Source: Bacteroidales bacterium (GTDB taxonomy: Bacteria; Bacteroidota; Bacteroidia; Bacteroidales; VadinHA17). From it: 64,000 nt of DNA. Each line of letters opens with the position of its first letter. Position 1 is the stretch's first letter. Location of the stretch: the NCBI GenBank assembly GCA_025358645.1, contig JANYIW010000100.1, positions 2,938-66,937 on the forward strand, in the 5' to 3' direction. Shown here one piece after another: positions 59,033 to 64,000 of the stretch. The notes below the pieces were generated by a model that was given only the letters and a program-made list of their open reading frames with translations, was not told the DNA's origin and searched no databases. Both the position numbers and the translations under genes were made by a program.

Positions 59033-59854
59033 ATGAGGAATCTGCTGAATTTTCTGGCCAGATACAATAACCTGATCATCTTTCTTTTTCTTGAAGGAAT
59101 AGCTTTTTATTTGCTCACTACCGGGAACAATTACCATAACTCACGTCTTTTGAATAGTGTAAGGGGAATGACTCGCGGAATTGAGGCAAGGATTTATAAC
59201 ACGACATCATACCTTAGTCTTCATGAGATAAATGAAAACCTGGCAGCAGAAAATGTTGCTCTGAAAAACAGTATCGGGAAATTGGTCAGAAAAGAAAATT
59301 CGCTTTTTTTAAATGTTAATGATTCTGTAAATAAACAGCAATATCTACATACTTCAGCAGAAGTAATTGAAAATTCAATAAACCGGCAAAAGAATTTTTT
59401 TACGATTAATAAAGGAGAAAGTCAGGGTATAAAAGTTGATATGGCTGTCATTTCTGCAAGTGGTGTTGCTGGAGTGATTGTTGGTTGTTCCAAAAACTAT
59501 TCTGTGGCGATGTCAGTCCTTAACCTCGATTTTAAATTAAGCGCACGGATTAAATCAAATGGCTATTACGGTTCACTGAACTGGGATGGCAGGGATTACA
59601 GGTATGCCATCTTAAGTGAAATACCTCAGCATGTTATTGTAAATGTCGGAGATACGATTGAGGCTACCGGTTATTCGGCAATATTTCCCGAAGGAGTTAT
59701 GGTTGGTACGGTGCGTGATTATGAGAAATTTGGTGGAGACTTCTATAAAATCTCTATTTTGCTCATGACGGATTTTAAAAAATTACACTTTGTGGATGTC
59801 ATCGGTAATATGAAGAAAACGGAGCAACTCGAACTTGAAAAATTATTTAAATGA
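59033..59854 (+). CDS. mreC: Rod shape-determining protein MreC
   Basis: 273 aa with an N-terminal TM segment, a coiled coil and a beta-rich C-terminal region. It follows mreB. Confidence 0.75.
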   Translation: MRNLLNFLARYNNLIIFLFLEGIAFYLLTTGNNYHNSRLLNSVRGMTRGIEARIYNTTSYLSLHEINENLAAENVALKNSIGKLVRKENSLFLNVNDSVNKQQYLHTSAEVIENSINRQKNFFTINKGESQGIKVDMAVISASGVAGVIVGCSKNYSVAMSVLNLDFKLSARIKSNGYYGSLNWDGRDYRYAILSEIPQHVIVNVGDTIEATGYSAIFPEGVMVGTVRDYEKFGGDFYKISILLMTDFKKLHFVDVIGNMKKTEQLELEKLFK

Positions 59855-60357
59855 TCAATTCAATCTTAAGGTTTGGTCTGATATTTATATTGCTTATACT
59901 GCTCCAGGTTTTACTATTTAACAATATCCAGTTCAGCGGATATGTTAACCCGTATGTTTATATATTGTTTATTCTACTTTTGCCAATTGAGATACCCGCC
60001 TGGTTATTGCTTCTGTTGTCTTTTGCAACCGGACTGATTATAGATTTCTTTTCAGGCTCACCCGGAATGCATACTTTTGCAACAGTTTTTGCCGGTTTCG
60101 TCCGTCCTTATGTTCTGAGAATTATATCTCCCAGTGATGGATATGAATCCGGACCTGATCCGTCAATGCTGGTATATGGCTTCAGATGGTTCTTATCTTA
60201 TACATTACTCATAGTATTAGTCCATCATACTACCCTTTTTTACCTTGAAGTCTTCAGGTTTACAGATTTCTTCAGAACCTTGCTGAGAGTATTGTTGAGC
60301 ACACTGTTTTCCATGACATTTATTCTTCTGATTGAATTTTACAGGCGGGGAAAGTAA
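59851..60357 (+). CDS. mreD: Rod shape-determining protein MreD
   Basis: 168 aa polytopic membrane protein. Its start overlaps the mreC stop (ATGA). Confidence 0.65.
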   Translation: MINSILRFGLIFILLILLQVLLFNNIQFSGYVNPYVYILFILLLPIEIPAWLLLLLSFATGLIIDFFSGSPGMHTFATVFAGFVRPYVLRIISPSDGYESGPDPSMLVYGFRWFLSYTLLIVLVHHTTLFYLEVFRFTDFFRTLLRVLLSTLFSMTFILLIEFYRRGK

Positions 60358-60370
60358 TTGATTAGGGACT

Positions 60371-62173
60371 ATGAAAGATTCATTCATAAACAGGAAATAT
60401 GTTATAATGGCGCTTATAGTGCTTGCATCTCTTGTTTTGTTGATCAGGTTGTTTATAATACAGGTCGTAAAAAGCTCATATAGGTTATCTGCCGACAATA
60501 ATGTTCTGAGATATGTAACGCAATATCCAGCCCGCGGTCTTATCTCCGACAGGAATGGGAAACTTATAGTCTATAATCAGGCTGCTTATGATCTGATGGT
60601 TGTCCCTGCACAGACCACAAAATTTGATACAACCGGGTTTTGCGACCTGCTTGGGATCTCATCCGATCTGTTCAGAAAACAGATGAGAATCGCTATAAAC
60701 TATTCCAGACGTGCCCCCTCGGTATTTCTGAAACAGGTTTCGAATGAAACTTATGCAAAGTTTCAGGAAAAGATGTTTATGTATCCAGGCTTCTACGTAC
60801 AACCGCGTACACTTCGAAAATATTCAAAACCTGTTGCTTCACATGTACTTGGATACGTAAGTGAGGTGGATGATGGGATAACCAGGAAAGATCCATATTA
60901 TAAGTCCGGAGATTATATCGGGAAGAGCGGTATTGAAGAAGCTTATGAAAAAGAGCTGCGTGGAAGGCGTGGTGTGAAAATTTTTCTTGTTGATGTCTAT
61001 AGCCGTATAAAAGGTTCTTATGAAGATGGGAAGAAGGACACGCTGGCTATTCAGGGAACAAATATCTCTTCTTCGATAGATCTTGATCTTCAGGAATATG
61101 GTGAGCTTCTTATGAAGAACAAAAGAGGTAGTATAGTTGCAATTGAGCCAACAACCGGCGAAGTACTTACGCTTGTTTCTTCACCAAACTATGACCCGGC
61201 ATTGCTTGTAGGAAGAATAAGATCCGATAACTATGCACTTTTCTCCGCTGACACTTTAAAGCCATTGTTTAACAGGGCACTGATGGCATCATACCCACCC
61301 GGATCCACCTTTAAACCGATAAATGGATTGATAGGATTACAAGAAGGCGTAATCACACCGTCAACTCTTTTTGCATGCCACAACGGTTATCTTTTCGTTG
61401 CTTGCCATTCACACCCATCTCCACTTAGTCTGGTAGGAGCCATTGGTACCTCATGCAATGCATATTTTTGCCAGACATATAGAAAAGTTCTTGAAAACCC
61501 ATACTATAATACTATTTCTGACGCTTACGATAAATGGAAAGGTTACCTGAATGAATTCGGCTTTAGTAACAAGCTGGGAACTGATTTTGTAAATGAACTC
61601 ACAGGTTTTATTCCGACTTCGGAGTATTTTAATAAATATTATGGTAAAAATAAATGGAAAGCCCTGACTGTAATCTCAATGGCAATCGGACAGGGTGAGG
61701 TTGGTGCAACTCCACTACAGATGGCTAATATGACCGCAGCCATAGCTAACCGTGGATATTATTTCACTCCTCATATCATAAAGTCAGTCGGGTCGGATCA
61801 TTCAATCGATAAACGTTTCATAACAAAGCATCATATAAGTATCGATGTTGCAAATTTTGAGAGTATTGTTTTGGGGATGGAAGCATCTGTAAATAGTGGA
61901 GGAACATCCACTGTGGCTGCGATGAAAGATATCATCGTATGTGGTAAGACAGGTACAGCACAAAACCCTCATGGAAAAAACCACTCCGTTTTTATCGCGT
62001 TTGCCCCTAAAGAGAATCCGAAAATTGCAATTGCAGTTTATGTGGAAAATGCTGGTTTTGGTGCAACTTATGCTGCTCCTATAGCCAGTCTGCTGATTGA
62101 AAAATACCTGAAAGGTGAAGTAACAAATAAGACCCGGGAACAAAGCATGCTTAACCTAAATCTAATGCACTAG
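60371..62173 (+). CDS. mrdA: Penicillin-binding protein 2 (elongation-specific transpeptidase)
   Basis: 600 aa with SxxK (GSTFKP), SxN (TSCNAYF) and KTG (CGKTGTAQ). Confidence 0.92.
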   Translation: MKDSFINRKYVIMALIVLASLVLLIRLFIIQVVKSSYRLSADNNVLRYVTQYPARGLISDRNGKLIVYNQAAYDLMVVPAQTTKFDTTGFCDLLGISSDLFRKQMRIAINYSRRAPSVFLKQVSNETYAKFQEKMFMYPGFYVQPRTLRKYSKPVASHVLGYVSEVDDGITRKDPYYKSGDYIGKSGIEEAYEKELRGRRGVKIFLVDVYSRIKGSYEDGKKDTLAIQGTNISSSIDLDLQEYGELLMKNKRGSIVAIEPTTGEVLTLVSSPNYDPALLVGRIRSDNYALFSADTLKPLFNRALMASYPPGSTFKPINGLIGLQEGVITPSTLFACHNGYLFVACHSHPSPLSLVGAIGTSCNAYFCQTYRKVLENPYYNTISDAYDKWKGYLNEFGFSNKLGTDFVNELTGFIPTSEYFNKYYGKNKWKALTVISMAIGQGEVGATPLQMANMTAAIANRGYYFTPHIIKSVGSDHSIDKRFITKHHISIDVANFESIVLGMEASVNSGGTSTVAAMKDIIVCGKTGTAQNPHGKNHSVFIAFAPKENPKIAIAVYVENAGFGATYAAPIASLLIEKYLKGEVTNKTREQSMLNLNLMH

Positions 62174-63597
62174 TGGATCGCAGTAATAATATCTGGAGCA
62201 GGATCGACAAGATTTCCATAATCTTGTTTCTACTTCTTATTGTAATGGGGTGGGTCAATATTTATGCTGCAGTTTATAATGATGAGCACTCAGGTTTGAT
62301 GGACATGTCACAACGTTATGGGAAACAATTTATCTGGATTGTTGCATCGCTTGTAATTGCTATTTTTATAGTAATTATCGATAACCGGTTTTATTTCTTT
62401 TTCTCCTGGTTCATTTATGGGGCCTGTATGCTGCTTCTGATTCTTGTGATTCTTTTCGGCAAGGAAATAAATGGTGCAAAATCATGGTTTGAATTTGGAG
62501 GTTTTAGTCTGCAACCGTCTGAACTGGCAAAGTTTGGAACCGCACTTGCCCTCGCGGGTTATCTAAATACCAAGAGACAGGAATTAACACAATTATCAGT
62601 GATAGCTCCGGCATCTGCAATAGTCCTTTTCCCGGCACTTCTAACAGCATTACAGCCTGATATGGGGTCATCAATTGTATATTTTTCACTATTTATTGTC
62701 CTCTTCAGGGAAGGGATGAGCCCATATATATTTTTTTCAGGGTTACTGATGGCAGTTCTGTTTTTTCTTACTCTTCTTACGAACAATCTTTATCTTACAA
62801 TTGCATTAATAGGTATTTCAGTCTTTCTTGTTTGGTTTGCCACACGAAAATGGAAATTGGTATTCCTGGGAACTGTAATATTCGTTTTTTTTGCCGTAAT
62901 ATTATATTTGCTTGATCATTATGTTTTTAAATCCATTGGTAATGAGCTGGTCATATTTATCTCCATGATTCTTTCAGGTGCAGTTTATGCCATTTATATC
63001 TATAATAAGAGAGCTGTGTCTGTCTTAATAATATATCTTTTTCTGGTAGGTAGTACTATCTTTATTAATTCTGTTGATTACACATTTAATAATTTTCTTC
63101 CCACTCATCAGAAGGATAGAGTAAACATTCTGCTTGGGTTGAAATCAGATCCACATGGAACAGGATATAATGTCAACCAGTCAATAATCTCCATAGGTTC
63201 AGGTGGATTTCATGGCAAGGGATTTCTGCAAGGTACCCAGACCAAGTTCAAATTTGTTCCAAAACAAAGTTCAGATTTTATTTTCTGTACAATTGGAGAA
63301 GAATGGGGTTTTATGGGTTCAGGTATAGTAATCGGGATCTATTTGTTTCTGCTTCTGAGACTCATCAAACTTGCTGAACGGCAACGGTCTGACTTTTCAA
63401 GGATTTACGGATACAGTGTTGTTTCAATCCTGTTTACTCATATTTTTTTAAATATCGGGATGGCAATCGGTCTTGTACCTGTGATAGGGATTCCATTACC
63501 TTTCTTAAGCTATGGAGGGAGCTCTTTATGGGGATTTACTATCCTTTTGTTTATCTTTTTGAGACTTGATGCAAGCCGTACTGAATACCTTGTTTGA
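62173..63597 (+). CDS. rodA: SEDS-family peptidoglycan polymerase RodA
   Basis: 474 aa. Its GTG start shares one base with the mrdA stop (TAGTG). Blocks: KQSSDFIF, GIPLPFLSYGGSS. Confidence 0.9.
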   Translation: MDRSNNIWSRIDKISIILFLLLIVMGWVNIYAAVYNDEHSGLMDMSQRYGKQFIWIVASLVIAIFIVIIDNRFYFFFSWFIYGACMLLLILVILFGKEINGAKSWFEFGGFSLQPSELAKFGTALALAGYLNTKRQELTQLSVIAPASAIVLFPALLTALQPDMGSSIVYFSLFIVLFREGMSPYIFFSGLLMAVLFFLTLLTNNLYLTIALIGISVFLVWFATRKWKLVFLGTVIFVFFAVILYLLDHYVFKSIGNELVIFISMILSGAVYAIYIYNKRAVSVLIIYLFLVGSTIFINSVDYTFNNFLPTHQKDRVNILLGLKSDPHGTGYNVNQSIISIGSGGFHGKGFLQGTQTKFKFVPKQSSDFIFCTIGEEWGFMGSGIVIGIYLFLLLRLIKLAERQRSDFSRIYGYSVVSILFTHIFLNIGMAIGLVPVIGIPLPFLSYGGSSLWGFTILLFIFLRLDASRTEYLV

Positions 63598-64000
63598 TCA
63601 GAATGGTATTGTTATCCTGTGCGAAATTTCAATACCAAAATCTTTCTCAACGTAATCAATAAGTTGCGGGAAAAACTCCATGAAATCATCCTGGAGAGAA
63701 TAGTAATTCTTTTTAAGTGCATGCATGGCAAACCGTGTCTCGTTCGGAAGTGTTGAGCGCTTACTCAGTGTATTCAAAACGTGCCTGATCCCGTTTAATG
63801 TCTGGTATGATTCAATCCAGTTGTTTATAATAAAGAAAGGCATCATTTCTCTGACATTTTCAGGCATGATTTCATAATTGTTTACAAGTGCTCTATAAAA
63901 ATTATAGGTAACACTTTCAAGAGGTCTTCTGGAGAAAAAATCCCATTCCCTGGTAAGAAAATGATCATAAATTATATCAGTAATGACTCCTGAATATTTA
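63598..64000 (-). CDS. acpH: Acyl carrier protein phosphodiesterase (AcpH family), 5'-truncated by the window edge
   Basis: My own translation shows the frame is open from the stop at 63598 to the window end, beyond the Met at 63867 given by the track. ...IYDHFLTREWDFFS...FIINNWIESYQTLNGIRHVLNTLSKR... matches my recollection of the E. coli AcpH C-terminal half (DHFL..W, W...Y.....I..VL.GM). Confidence 0.7.
   Translation of the reverse strand, partial: KYSGVITDIIYDHFLTREWDFFSRRPLESVTYNFYRALVNNYEIMPENVREMMPFFIINNWIESYQTLNGIRHVLNTLSKRSTLPNETRFAMHALKKNYYSLQDDFMEFFPQLIDYVEKDFGIEISHRITIPF

Overview
AT-rich, densely packed chromosomal segment that looks like core Bacteroidota genome. Evidence: TAnnTTTG -7 promoter boxes, many SpII lipoproteins, GH97/GH57/GT3 glycan enzymes, and purH-mreBCD-mrdA-rodA and tig-clpP-clpX synteny. 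I call about 54 protein genes and one tRNA-Leu(TAG). Main blocks: lpxH plus two TlpA-like thioredoxin lipoproteins; a five-gene glycogen locus (debranching enzyme, GT4, GH57, a fused GT3 synthase/GT35 phosphorylase, GH13 branching enzyme); ribF, ahcY, greA, HIT, comF, ruvC, serS, rplU-rpmA; GH97, thyA-folA; tig-clpP-clpX; lptB-tatC; recQ; an arginine/carbamoyl-phosphate region (carB-GNAT-GT2, argR-argG-argH, carA-aminotransferase); a TerB/ABCG-type giant transporter; rsmA; two tandem MacB-type permeases; and the rod-shape operon. I found no rRNA, CRISPR array, transposase, integrase, phage gene or recognisable defence module, so this is mostly ordinary housekeeping DNA and I cannot point to a clear novel multi-gene system. 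The parts not explained by ordinary annotation are: (1) a cytosine-free array of about 18 heptamers followed by GC hairpins in the argR-argG spacer; (2) a three-copy GC-rich nested-palindrome repeat family whose core is present 0, 1 or 2 times; (3) the synthase-phosphorylase fusion; (4) the TerB + FHA-like + ABC-G protein with its upstream lipoprotein. Several ORF-track starts are non-ATG extensions and I moved them to the first ATG. All functional calls come from motif recognition by eye; no searches were run.
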